64,000 bases of DNA from positions 37,882 to 101,881 of the forward strand of contig JBBQXJ010000004.1 of NCBI GenBank assembly GCA_038209745.1. The letters run 5' to 3'. Positions within the stretch are counted from its first letter, which is position 1; each line of letters starts with the position of its first letter. Origin of the DNA: Verrucomicrobiota bacterium. GTDB taxonomy: Bacteria; Verrucomicrobiota; Verrucomicrobiia; Limisphaerales; CANJSG01. The notes beneath the pieces were generated by a model. That model worked only from the letters and a program-made list of their open reading frames with translations, did no database searches and was not told where the DNA came from. This document shows positions 36,875-47,300 of the stretch, piece after piece. A program made the position numbers and the translations under genes.

Positions 36875-39436
36875 TCAGTTGATGAACGAGGCTTCGTTCG
36901 TCTCGAAGAGCGCCTGCGCCAGCTTTTCCCAGGCCCCGAGCGGCGCCCGGTGCCGCGTCTGCTCGTCCTGAAGCTGCTGCTTGATCCGTTGCTGGAGCTG
37001 AGGGGGCGTGCCGGAATCCTTCATTCGCGCCTCCAAACGAGACCGCTGAACTGGGGGCATTCGGCGACCTCCGGCAAGCTCGGGAGCCGAATCCTTCTCC
37101 GGTGTCACCGCCACGAACTGCAACGCCAGCTCCATTTCCAGCCTTGAAGCCGGCCGTTGGAATATCTGCCGAAACAGCGCGTTGACGCGGTCCTCCTCGC
37201 CGGTCAATCCGACGAATTCATCTTTGTTCACCAGCTTCCTTGCCTGCTCGGCGACCAACGGGCTGTTCATCATGAACAGTGTCTGCTGGGGCACGATCGT
37301 CACGTGCCGTCTGCCCGTCGGACTGTCCGGATTCGCGAAGTCGAACTGAGTCATCACCTCCGAAAGGTTTCGGCGATCGACATAGCCGTAGACCGCTCTC
37401 CGGGTGACATACGGTTCAGCCCCAAGGTCGACCGGCTTCCCGCCCATCGTCGCGTCCAAAGTGCCCGCGATAGCGAGGATCGAGTCCCGCAACGCCTCGA
37501 AGTCCAATCGCCGCAGGTTCGCCCGCCAGAGCAAGCGGTTCTGCGGATCGATCACGGCAAACTTTCCGTTCACTGCGCTGCTCTGCTGGTAAACGGCCGA
37601 GAGCATGATCTCGCGATGCAGCTTCTTCAGGGACCAACCCTTTTGCATGAACTTCACCGCCAAATAGTCCAACAATTCGGGATGTGAAGGCTTCTCCGAC
37701 TGGTTCCCCAGGTCATCGGGGGTCGGTACAAAACCCTCCCCGAAATGCTCCTGCCAGACCCGGTTCACGATGACCCGCGCCGTGATCGGGTTGTTCTTGC
37801 TCGCAATGTCGCGGGCCAGCTCCAACCGCCCACTGCCGTTGCGATACGGCGGATCGTTCGGGCCGGCCAACACATTGATGAAACTCCTCGGGACAACCGC
37901 TCCCAGATTCTTCGCCTCGCCCCGGATGAAGAGCGGCGAATCCTTCGGCTTGGCGCTGTCCACCAGCACATTTGCCCGCGCCGGCGCTCCCGGATGGTTT
38001 ATCTCCAGATCGGTCGCACCCCGCAGTTGTCGTTGTTGTTCCCGCTGCAATTCCCGCCGCTTCGTCGGATCGGGGTCCTTGCGCAAAGCCTGCAACTTCC
38101 GCCGCATCTCCTTTGGATCCACTTCGAACTCGGCCGCTTTCTTGAGGTAATCCTGGTACTCGGCGGTGTTCGCTATCGGCTTGAGCGCCGGGAGTTTGTC
38201 CGGCTCGTAGCTGCTGCTGAAGATGCCATAGAGCGCGTAGTAGTCCTTCTGCGAAATGGGATCGAACTTGTGGTCGTGGCATCGCGCGCAAGTCACCGTC
38301 AGCCCAAGGAATCCCTTCGTCACCAAGTCGATCCGGTCGGCGACGATATCCGGCACCATTCCGTTGAAGTGGTTGCCCAGCGTGAGGAAACCCAGCGCCG
38401 CCAATGCGCTCTTGTCCGTGCCGAGATTGAGCCGGTCAGCGGCGATCTGCTCGATGATGAACCGGTCGAACGGCTTGTCCTTGTTGAAGGCGTCGATCAC
38501 ATAGTCGCGATAGGTCCATGCGAAGGGATAGCGCGGATCTTCCTGTTGCCGGCGCACCTCGCCCTTGGTGTCGGCGTAGCGAGCGACGTCCAGCCAATGC
38601 CGCCCCCAGCGTTCCCCGTAGCGCGGCGACGCCAGCAGTTCATCGACCACCTTGGCAAACGCGTCCGGTGATTCGTCCTTCACGAACGCGTCCACCTGCT
38701 CCGGCGTCGGAGGCAATCCGATCACGTCGAAATAGGCCCGCCGAAGGAGCGTCCTTTTGTCGGCGCGGGGATTGGGCGCCATCCCGTTCTCCTCCAGTTT
38801 CGCCAGCACGAAGCGGTCGATGGGTGTCTGTCCCCAGAGTTCGTCCTTCACGGCGGGGATCTCCGAAAGCTTCGGCTTCTGGAAGGCCCAATGGGCCCGG
38901 CCCGCTCCGCCGTATTTCTTGGCGGTGGATTCGCGCGGATCCGGCGCGCCCATCTTGATCCACTGGGTCAGGTCCGCGATTTGCCCGGCGGAAAGCTTTT
39001 CCCCTTTCGGCGGCATTTCGAGGTCCGGGTCCGTGTAGGAAATCGCCTTGATCAGCAGGCTCTCCGCCACGTTTCCCGGCACGACCGCCGGTGCCGTGTT
39101 CCCTCCCCGCAGCCCGCCCTCCCGACTGTCCAAAACCAGACCGCCCTTGATCTTCTCCGCAGAGTGGCTGTGGCACTTGTAGCACTTCGTTTCCAAGATC
39201 GGCCGGACCTTCTGCTCGAAGAAGTCGGACTGGGCTTTGGTCAGAGTCGTCGTCGGTTCGGCTGCGATGGCAGATCCCGCGAAGACGGAGGTCACCGCAA
39301 GGAAACATCCAACATTCAACGCCCAACGGCCAACGCCCAACCACCTCCGCAGCCGACCTTCGGCGTTCAGCGTTGGTTGTTCGATGTTCGTTCCTTCCCG
39401 TTTTTCCAAAGGTGCGGCCATGTCTGTGGTCTCCAT
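36875..39436 (-). CDS. PSD1/planctomycete cytochrome c domain protein (DUF1549/DUF1553 type), 853 aa
   Basis: ATG overlaps upstream TAA (TAATG); CYKCH, YGERWGRHWLDVARYADT, CARCHDHKFDP, PSHPELLDYLA. Confidence 0.88.
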   Translation of the reverse strand: METTDMAAPLEKREGTNIEQPTLNAEGRLRRWLGVGRWALNVGCFLAVTSVFAGSAIAAEPTTTLTKAQSDFFEQKVRPILETKCYKCHSHSAEKIKGGLVLDSREGGLRGGNTAPAVVPGNVAESLLIKAISYTDPDLEMPPKGEKLSAGQIADLTQWIKMGAPDPRESTAKKYGGAGRAHWAFQKPKLSEIPAVKDELWGQTPIDRFVLAKLEENGMAPNPRADKRTLLRRAYFDVIGLPPTPEQVDAFVKDESPDAFAKVVDELLASPRYGERWGRHWLDVARYADTKGEVRRQQEDPRYPFAWTYRDYVIDAFNKDKPFDRFIIEQIAADRLNLGTDKSALAALGFLTLGNHFNGMVPDIVADRIDLVTKGFLGLTVTCARCHDHKFDPISQKDYYALYGIFSSSYEPDKLPALKPIANTAEYQDYLKKAAEFEVDPKEMRRKLQALRKDPDPTKRRELQREQQRQLRGATDLEINHPGAPARANVLVDSAKPKDSPLFIRGEAKNLGAVVPRSFINVLAGPNDPPYRNGSGRLELARDIASKNNPITARVIVNRVWQEHFGEGFVPTPDDLGNQSEKPSHPELLDYLAVKFMQKGWSLKKLHREIMLSAVYQQSSAVNGKFAVIDPQNRLLWRANLRRLDFEALRDSILAIAGTLDATMGGKPVDLGAEPYVTRRAVYGYVDRRNLSEVMTQFDFANPDSPTGRRHVTIVPQQTLFMMNSPLVAEQARKLVNKDEFVGLTGEEDRVNALFRQIFQRPASRLEMELALQFVAVTPEKDSAPELAGGRRMPPVQRSRLEARMKDSGTPPQLQQRIKQQLQDEQTRHRAPLGAWEKLAQALFETNEASFIN
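39304..39389. repeat. 7-bp-unit (AACRYYC-like) palindromic element inside the 5' end of the PSD1 gene
   Basis: aacatcc aacattc aacgccc aacggcc aacgccc aaccacc ... ttcggcg ttcagcg ttggttg ttcgatg ttc. Confidence 0.7.
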
Positions 39437-40860
39437 TAAGCGATGATCCCCTTCACCACTTCGCCCGACACGTCCGTCAACCGGAAGTCGCGCCCGTTGT
39501 AGCGGTAGGTCAGCTTGGTGTGGTCGAAGCCCAGCAGCCTCAAGACCGTCGCGTGCAGGTCGTGCACGTGCACCTTGTCCTCCACCGCCTTCGATCCGAA
39601 ATCGTCCGTCGCTCCGTAGGTGATCCCGCCCTTCACGCCCCCTCCCGCCATCAAGGTGGAGAAGGCGTTGTTGTTGTGGTCGCGGCCCGGATTGTCGTTG
39701 CCGTTGCGATCCTTCGTCGGCTTGCGGCCGAACTCTCCGCCCCAGATGACCACCGTGCTGTCGAGCAGGCCCCGCTGCTTCAGATCCGTGAGCAACGCGG
39801 CCAACGGCTTGTCGATCTCCTTGGCCTTTTCCGGCAACCGAACCTCCAGATCCTGGTGATGGTCCCATCCGCCGGCCCAGACCTGCACAAAACGCACCCC
39901 GCGTTCCACCAAGCGTCGAGCGAGCAGCATCTGCTTCCCCTGCGGCGTGTTGCCGTAGAGGTCGCGCACCGACTGCGGCTCCTTCGAAAGGTCGAAGGCG
40001 TCCGTCGCCTCGGTCTGCATCCGGAAGGCGATCTCATACGCCTCCAGCCGGGCTTCCAGGGCCGCGTCCTTCTGGAGATTCTGCGCGTGCATCGCGTTCA
40101 ACTGCTGCACCAGATCGAGCTGCCGACGCTGTTCCTTCGGCGACGAATACTGGTTCCGGATGTTCTGGATCATCCCGGCCACCGTGCCGGCCTGGGTATT
40201 GATGCTCGTTCCCTGGAAAGCACCCGGCAGGAATGCCGCCTGCCAGTTCGCCGTTCCGCCCACCGGGAGGCCGCCTCCGCTCCGCAGCGAGATGAAGCCG
40301 GGCAGGTTCTGGTTCTCCGAGCCCAGTCCATACACCGTCCACGATCCAAGGCTCGGCCGCGCCAGCCGCGTAGATCCGGTGTTCATCATCACCGTCGCCA
40401 CGTCGTGCGCGGGGATGTCCGTCCACATCGAACGGATCACCGCCAAGTCGTCCACGTGCTGGCCCAGCTCCGGAAAGACCTCGCTCACTTCGATCCCGGA
40501 CTTCCCCATTTTCTGGAACTTGAAGGGCGACCCCATCGCGATGCCGCCGGGAATGGTCTGGCCATCCATCCGCGTCAGCTCCGGCTTCGGATCCCACGTG
40601 TCCACATGAGAGGGCGCTCCTTGGGCAAAGACATGGATGACCGCCTTGGCTTTGGCCGGGAAATGGGGAGCGTGCGGTCGGAGCGGATGGGTCGATTCCA
40701 TCACCGACGCTCCAGAAACAAGGCTGTCGCCCCCCAGGACCGTGGCCAGGCTCAACGCCCCGAAACCCATCCCGAACCGGTGCAGGAACTGCCTCCGCGT
40801 CAGGAAGAAATCCTCGGTCTTGGCGCAGTGTTCGCAGGCGTATTTCTCGGAGGGATTCAT
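39436..40860 (-). CDS. DUF1501-family Tat-exported protein
   Basis: LTRRQFL Tat motif, GAPSHVDTWDPKP, LARRLVERGVRFVQ, WDHH, GEFGRKP, GRDH, HVHDLHAT. Confidence 0.9.
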   Translation of the reverse strand: MNPSEKYACEHCAKTEDFFLTRRQFLHRFGMGFGALSLATVLGGDSLVSGASVMESTHPLRPHAPHFPAKAKAVIHVFAQGAPSHVDTWDPKPELTRMDGQTIPGGIAMGSPFKFQKMGKSGIEVSEVFPELGQHVDDLAVIRSMWTDIPAHDVATVMMNTGSTRLARPSLGSWTVYGLGSENQNLPGFISLRSGGGLPVGGTANWQAAFLPGAFQGTSINTQAGTVAGMIQNIRNQYSSPKEQRRQLDLVQQLNAMHAQNLQKDAALEARLEAYEIAFRMQTEATDAFDLSKEPQSVRDLYGNTPQGKQMLLARRLVERGVRFVQVWAGGWDHHQDLEVRLPEKAKEIDKPLAALLTDLKQRGLLDSTVVIWGGEFGRKPTKDRNGNDNPGRDHNNNAFSTLMAGGGVKGGITYGATDDFGSKAVEDKVHVHDLHATVLRLLGFDHTKLTYRYNGRDFRLTDVSGEVVKGIIA

Positions 40861-40994
40861 GGTACGAATGGATGTTCTGCCTCAATGGACGGAACAATTG
40901 GACCGAAGGTTTCGCGAAAAATTGAAAAGTCCTCCGGGTCAGGATGTCTGCCACGCGCGCGCTTCGGGGATCAAAACAGGAGAAGAAGGAGAGG

Positions 40995-41069
40995 TGGTGC
41001 GCGATGCAGGGTTCGAACCTGCGACCCCTACCGTGTCAAGGTAATGCTCTACCACTGAGCTAACCGCGC
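40995..41069 (-). tRNA. tRNA-Val(GAC)
   Basis: GCGCGGTTAGCTCAGTGGTAGAGCATTACCTTGACACGGTAGGGGTCGCAGGTTCGAACCCTGCATCGCGCACCA; full cloverleaf with encoded CCA. Confidence 0.97.
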
Positions 41070-41224
41070 AACCGGGCGGGGGCAGATAAGGCCACAGCAA
41101 AAGGGTCTTTGGCAAGTGGCTATTTTCATCGGAAACCCGGCCTGTCTCTTCGGACTTCGCCCATCGGCCGCGTCCCACCATTTCCCATTTGCCAACCCCG
41201 GGTCCGACACTCCACTTTCCGCTC

Positions 41225-41315
41225 GTCAGGGGCCATGGGGCGCGGACTTACGAATCCCGCCAGGGCCGGAAGGCAGCAACGGTAGTTTGCTCTGCGCAGT
41301 CGTGGTTTCCCTGAC
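41225..41315 (+). ncRNA. ffs: Signal recognition particle RNA (small 4.5S type)
   Basis: CCAGGGCCGGAAGGCAGCAACGG domain-IV motif with GGAA tetraloop in a long hairpin closed by gtcagggg...tccctgac; TTGCCA -35-like box at 41189. Confidence 0.9.
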
Positions 41316-41318
41316 ACT

Positions 41319-44300
41319 TCAATTCTTCTCCCGCGGCCGGCGCTGACCGATGGCGAGACCGGTCCCGAACAGCACGACCAACCCCGCCACCAATCCGGTC
41401 TTCATCCAGCCCGACGCGGCCCGCACCGCCTCCGCCTCCAGCCCGATGTTCAGGTCCGCCCAAGTATCGACCATCACCGCCCGCTTGAAGGTCAACAACC
41501 GGCCCTGCTCCGGCACGTTCGCCCGGATCACCGCCGGATTCGCCACGGCTGCGTCCTGCTGTTGTACGATGCGCTCCGCCAATCGCATGAGCGCCGCGTT
41601 GTCGTCCGCCCCGCTCCGGTCCATCAACCGTTTCGCGTCCTCCTGCGTGTAGTTGATGCGTCCCTGCACGGCCACGCCTCCCACGGCGGCTTCCTGCAGA
41701 TTGTTGAGCCCCATCCAGGCCTGCTGTTTCTTCAGGTTGTTCAACTGCACCCGCGCGTCCTCGTTGAACGCGTCGTCGTGCTGCGAAAGTCCGTAGGCGT
41801 TCTGGAAGGCCCTCCGCGCCTGTTGCGGGTCGCCCTGCGCCAGCGCCCGGTTGCCCAGCACCAGCATCTGTTCGGCCTCCCTGGTCTTCTCCTGCCGCTG
41901 GCTCGCCTCCTGTTGCAGATAGCTTCCCAGCTCCGCCGACGCCGGCAGGGACACGACTTCCTCGCGCTCCATCTGCAACGCGCCCGTCCAACGGGTCACG
42001 TTCCACTTGTCGCCGAGAAACACGCGCCAACGGATGTCCTCCAAGGGCAGGTCGAACTTCGGCGCCAGCAGTTCCAGATCGAGCGAGCTCCCACCCGCCA
42101 CGCCGACCCGGCTGGTGAAGAAGATCTCGACCGTCACCGGCTTTCCGCCCGCCGCCTGTTGTTCCAGGGGAATGAGGATCTGGTCCTTCTCCGTCCACGG
42201 CCACACGCCGTTTTGATTCACGAAGGCAAACCAGAAGGTCGCGTCTTTCGGCAGCGAAAGGTGCAGCAAACGCTTGTCGCCCGGCAGCAGCTCCAACCGG
42301 GCCTGCGTCAACATCGCGCCGGTGTCCGAGACGACCGAGGTGAAGGTCACATGGGTCACCCGCGCCGGCAGCAGCTTCGCCGCCTCGTGCCGTTCCAACG
42401 TCAATGGCAACAGAAAGCCGGGTTCCACCAGACGAAAGGCGAAGCTCGCCGCCGCATCCGGGAGGTCTTTCAGGAGATTGCGCGGAATGCCCTGCCACTC
42501 CGTCGGCTGGAGCTGTTGGGGCGCCGCCGCCCGCACCTGCAAACGCCCGCCCGCCTGCACGGTCACATAGCCTCTCTGCAGATTCACGCCCGCGACCTCC
42601 ACTCCTCGCAAAGTCGTCCCGGTCGCCTGGGCCGTGACGGGAATCTGATACGTCGCCTGGAGCAGATACGCTCCGATCACGCGCCGCTGCAGCTTCACTT
42701 CCCACGTCCGCAATCCATTCGTGCCCGCCTCTTCGACCGGCAGGAAATCCGCCACGTGTTCGCCCTGGAAGCGCACGTTCTCCGCGTTGGTGGCCAGCAT
42801 CACGCGGAACGCCTTCAGTCCGGTGTTCTCGATCTGGAACTGCAGGTTCGCCGTCACCTTCATCTGCGCCTCGCCCACCGTCGCATGTTGGAGACCGGTC
42901 ACCTGGATCCAGGGATCCACCTGCTCGATCTCCAGCGCGACGGTCCATGCCGCCTGCAAAACGCGGAACGCCAGCACGCCCTTCTGGCGAATGCCGGACT
43001 TCTGCGGATCGAGCTGCGTCACGCCCTCGCGCGTCCCCACCTGCAACCGCATCCCCTGCTCCGGCACCAGCACCAGCGTCCCCCGTTGCTTGCTGGCTTC
43101 GCGGAGCGACAGCCTCGGCACCGTCCAGGCGTTCGTCGCCCCGACGCCGCCACCGACCAGATTGATCTGGAACCGTTGCGGCCCTTCGGTGCGGCCTTTG
43201 AGGTTCAGGGTCACGACGCGGTTCGTCTCCGTTTTCAATTCGGTCCAATGGCTCAACGCCTCGCCGCTGATCGTCTCCACGTCCATGCCCTCGGGCAGCA
43301 CGAAGCTCAGACGGAAGATCCCCGCCCGCGTGATGGCCACGTCCAGGGTCGAGGCCAACACCGTCCGGTCCTCGCTCAAGGATACCGTGTCCTGCGCCTC
43401 CACCCGGATGTCCGGCTCCATCGCGGAAGCCTTGATCAACGCCGTCGCCTTCAGATCAGGACAACGGAACGCGCGCCGCACGGTCAGTCCCGGAACCTGC
43501 CCCGCCATCAGCGCCGTCATCGCCGCCGGATAATCCTCCAGATTGATCGGAGAAAGCCCCTCGGCTTCGACCGAATCCAGCTGCACTTCATTGCCCGTGG
43601 CCACTCCCAGCATCCCGACCTGCGCGGCCGCGCCCTCCACCACGACCAGTCCGACAGTCTCCGCCACCGGCAGCGTGCTCGTAGCCCGTTGAGAGCGGAT
43701 GACCAAGGCGAACGGCTTGGACTGCGCCGTCGACAGACGCACCAACAACCGGTGCCGATCCGGGTCGAAGCGCCACTGCGCCACCAATCGGTCGGCCCCC
43801 TGCACATCCGTCACCGTCACGCCCGTCGGCACGGTGAACGCCAGCTCCGCCAGTTCGCCCTGGGCCGGTCGGATCGATACCTGGTGCGCCCCTTCGATGA
43901 CCCCGGCCGACGGCACATAGAGATGGGTCAGCTCCGCGTAGAAGACCGGCTTCTCGCGCCGCACGTCGCGGCTGAGGGGCTTCCAGACGATCCACGTCCC
44001 GACGGTCGGCCGCAGAACCAGATTCGCCACCGTGTTGCTGCCCACGACCTCGCGCTGGATCGACGCCGCACCCGTGGAAACCACGTCCACGTCTTGGTTG
44101 AGCACCGTCAGCTTGAGCCGGTTGACCAGACCGAACTGCGTCGGCAATTCGATCCCGGTTCCGCCCATGCCAGACGGTTCAACATCCCTGAATTGGACAC
44201 CCACCTCATACTCCACCACCACGTCGAACCGCCCGGTCTCCAGCGCGACCAACTGCTGGACCCGCCTTCCCTGAATGGCCGCGGAGACAAGTTTCAAGGC

Positions 44301-47300
44301 GTTCGTCGGATACTGGACCCGCGTCAGCACCGCCGGCTCGAACAGCAACGGCAACACCTGTCCCTTTTCCGCCGTCCAGCGGATCGTCGCCACCGCCGTG
44401 GCGGAGTTTTCATCCACCCGGATCTCCTGCACCACCGACTCCGGCAAACGGGCTTCACGCGGCAATGCGCCCGGCGCCGTCGCGGCCGCCGCGCCACCGG
44501 CTGATCCAATCCACAGTAAGCCCGCCAATACCGCCGCCGTGGCGGCTCCGGAAACGCCCCCGGCGGGAGGCAGGGTCGACGACGCGTCCGGCCGCTTCGG
44601 CACCGCGAACAGCCGCCGCAGTTCCGGGATCACGATGTGCCAGCCCACGAACACCGCCAGAACTCCCAGCAACCCGCCGCCGCCGTTCGTCGCCACCAAG
44701 GCCGCCAGCGCCAGCAGCGTCCATCCCACCACCGACGTTGCGGGACGTCGCATCCCTCCGGCCGCCGCACCATAGCCCCACGCCACAGCCGCGAGCACCA
44801 CGAGAACCCAGCTCGCCAGACTGCTATCTCCCGCCTCTTCCGCGATGTTCCCCACCTCCACCTGCAAAGCACTGTTCGCCTGCTGCACCGGCGCCACCAA
44901 AGTCACCTCGTGCGCCGGCCACTGACGCTGCTGCGCGACCACCCCGGCCAGCTCGACCCACGCCACCGTCGCCATCGCCATCGCCGCGAGTCCGACGACC
45001 AGTCCAACAAGGTGCCGGGCGCTGAATCGATGGACTCCCTCCCGCACCGTCAGGCGCCAGACTCCCACCGCGATGATTACGAGGACCAAAGCGGCGCCGC
45101 CGATGAAGACCGCTTGAAAGGCCCGACCGCTCGAAAGCACCCGCCCCCATTGCGCAAAGCCCGTCCTATCAGGAATTCCGCCGACCGGCTGGAGCGACCC
45201 TTTGCGGTAGACCAGTCGCCGCCCCGTATCGGGCTCCAGCTTCCATTCGGCCAACATCACCGGGGCCGCCACCACCGGAGCGGCCAACGAGATGCGCGCC
45301 GGATTCTTCGACCGCGAAGCCAGCTTCAGATCGACCACCAACACGGCGTCCGGCGCCGCGTTCTGGGGCAGTGGAATCAGGTTCGCCTTCTTGTCGATCA
45401 CCGGCACCACCGGCTTGCCGTCCACCGTCGCCGACCAAAGCTGCGTGTCCTGCGGCAGCGTCACCCGCAGATGTGTGTTCCCCCGGTTCTTCACGTAGTA
45501 GCGCACGTCCGTCAGCACCTGCCCTTCCTGTGAGATGCGGGACACGAGCGACGCGCGGTCCACCACTTGACTGAGAGAATCCCCCTGGGTCAGCGGACTG
45601 AGAGCCAGCCGCAGGTTGAACGGCCGCGCGGTGTAGCGATAGGCCGCGAGGATCGGCGCGTCGAAAAACAGGCGGTATTCCGCCGGCACTTCACCCGGCT
45701 CCAGCACCAGCAGGCCGGGCGACACTTCCGCCGGTTGCACCCGGAACTGGTACGCGCTCGTCACCAGGGTGTAGCCCTGCTCGGTCTGGGCGTCGAGCGG
45801 CCTCGCACCGGAGAAGGTCAGTGTCTCGCCCTGGCCCTTGAACGGCCGCTCATACGTCGCCAAAAGCGTGTAGCTCCCGGCGACCGGCGTCTGGAGCTGG
45901 ACCGCATAGCCGTTCGTCGTCTTCTGCCAGTTGCGGATGTCCTTCCCGGCGAACTCGACGTTGAAATATTCGTCCGACAGCTCGATCTGGAAGGCCGATA
46001 CCGGCGCGCCGGACACGACGTAGTTCAGCACGCTGCTGCCATACGCCACACCCTCGCCGATGGAGAAGAGGTGCAACGCCTCGGCCTGGACGGTCTGGGG
46101 TAAACGCTCCACCCGGATCGCCGCCGCCCAAACCCCGTCGGCCAGCCGGAACGCCGTCTGCAAGCCGGTGGTTTTTCTTGGAAAGAACGCCGTTGCGATC
46201 TCGTTCAACGACTCCGTCCGCTCCGGCGTGAGCCGAAAGCCCGCGTCCGCCGAAAGTCCCACGAATCCGCGCACCGACTTTGCGCCGACCACTGCGATCC
46301 GGGGCAACGCCCAGTTCGTTTCGCTCCCGCTCTTGTTCCGCTCGAGCCGCAGCTGGATCACCTGCCGTCCCAGCACTGGCTGGCCGTAGACGAGCCTAAG
46401 TTCGGCCTGCGCCGCATCGGCCGGGTCACGGAGGAAATAGTCGCTCATGCCCGCCGCGTTCAGCCGCACCACGGAGTAGCCTCTGGGCACCGAGAGCATT
46501 AGCTCGCGCAACGGCGCCTCGCGCACATCGAGTTCGAGCTCCGCTTCGATGGCCCGCTCGTTTTCGCCATGGTGGTAGGTCAGCACCTCGGACACCGCGA
46601 CCTCCGGCTGGATCGAATCCGCCTGGATCCGCAGCGCGAGATCACCCCCGGAAAATCGATAGGCGAAACGCTGGTTGCCCGACGATCCGAAGGCCGCCTT
46701 CGTCGCGTCCGTCTCCGGAAACTGCTCCGGCGAAATCTGCGAGAGCCCGGTCGCCTGCACCACTTCGAGCCGCACCGCGCCGTCGTTGACGATGCGATAG
46801 TGGCCCGAGAACCGAGTCGCCCCTTCCGGCCGCAGCAGCATCGGCTCCACCGCCAAGGGAAACGCTGTCAGAGGGGTCTGCATCTGCACCTGGAGCGTGA
46901 ACCCTTCCTTTTGCGGCTGGTTGAACTGCACGACCAATCGCCGGTCGGACGAGCCGTCGATCGGTTCCAGATTCCACGCCAACACCGCGTCGCCCAGCAC
47001 CCGCGTCACCTCGCCCTCTCCGTGCAGACGCAGCGTCAAACGGCCGAGCTCGCCCTGCATCACCTTCCCGTCCAGCAGCGCCACCTGCCGCATCAATCCC
47101 GGCGCGAGGCTCACTTCCGCGAGCATTTCCGCCGCGTAGAAGAGCCGCCCCTCCGCCTCCGGCCTCGCCGTTTTCCACGCGAGGCGGACCGCGCCGTCCG
47201 GAGGAAGATGGCTGACGAACGTCGCACCCACCCGCTCCGGTTTGGCCGCGCCGTCGAACTTGAACTCCGTCGCCTCCGGCAATCCCTCCAGCACCACCGG

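Noticed and set aside
39437..39868. Long N-terminal extensions in the ORF track (also 6695, 29982, 58446, 52497, 18632)
   Set aside because: They overlap neighbouring genes or intergenic DNA; downstream starts give signal peptides, stop/start coupling or family-typical N-termini
40861..41069. tRNA-Val as an integration site for a genomic island
   Set aside because: No integrase and no duplicated tRNA 3' end noticed in the window
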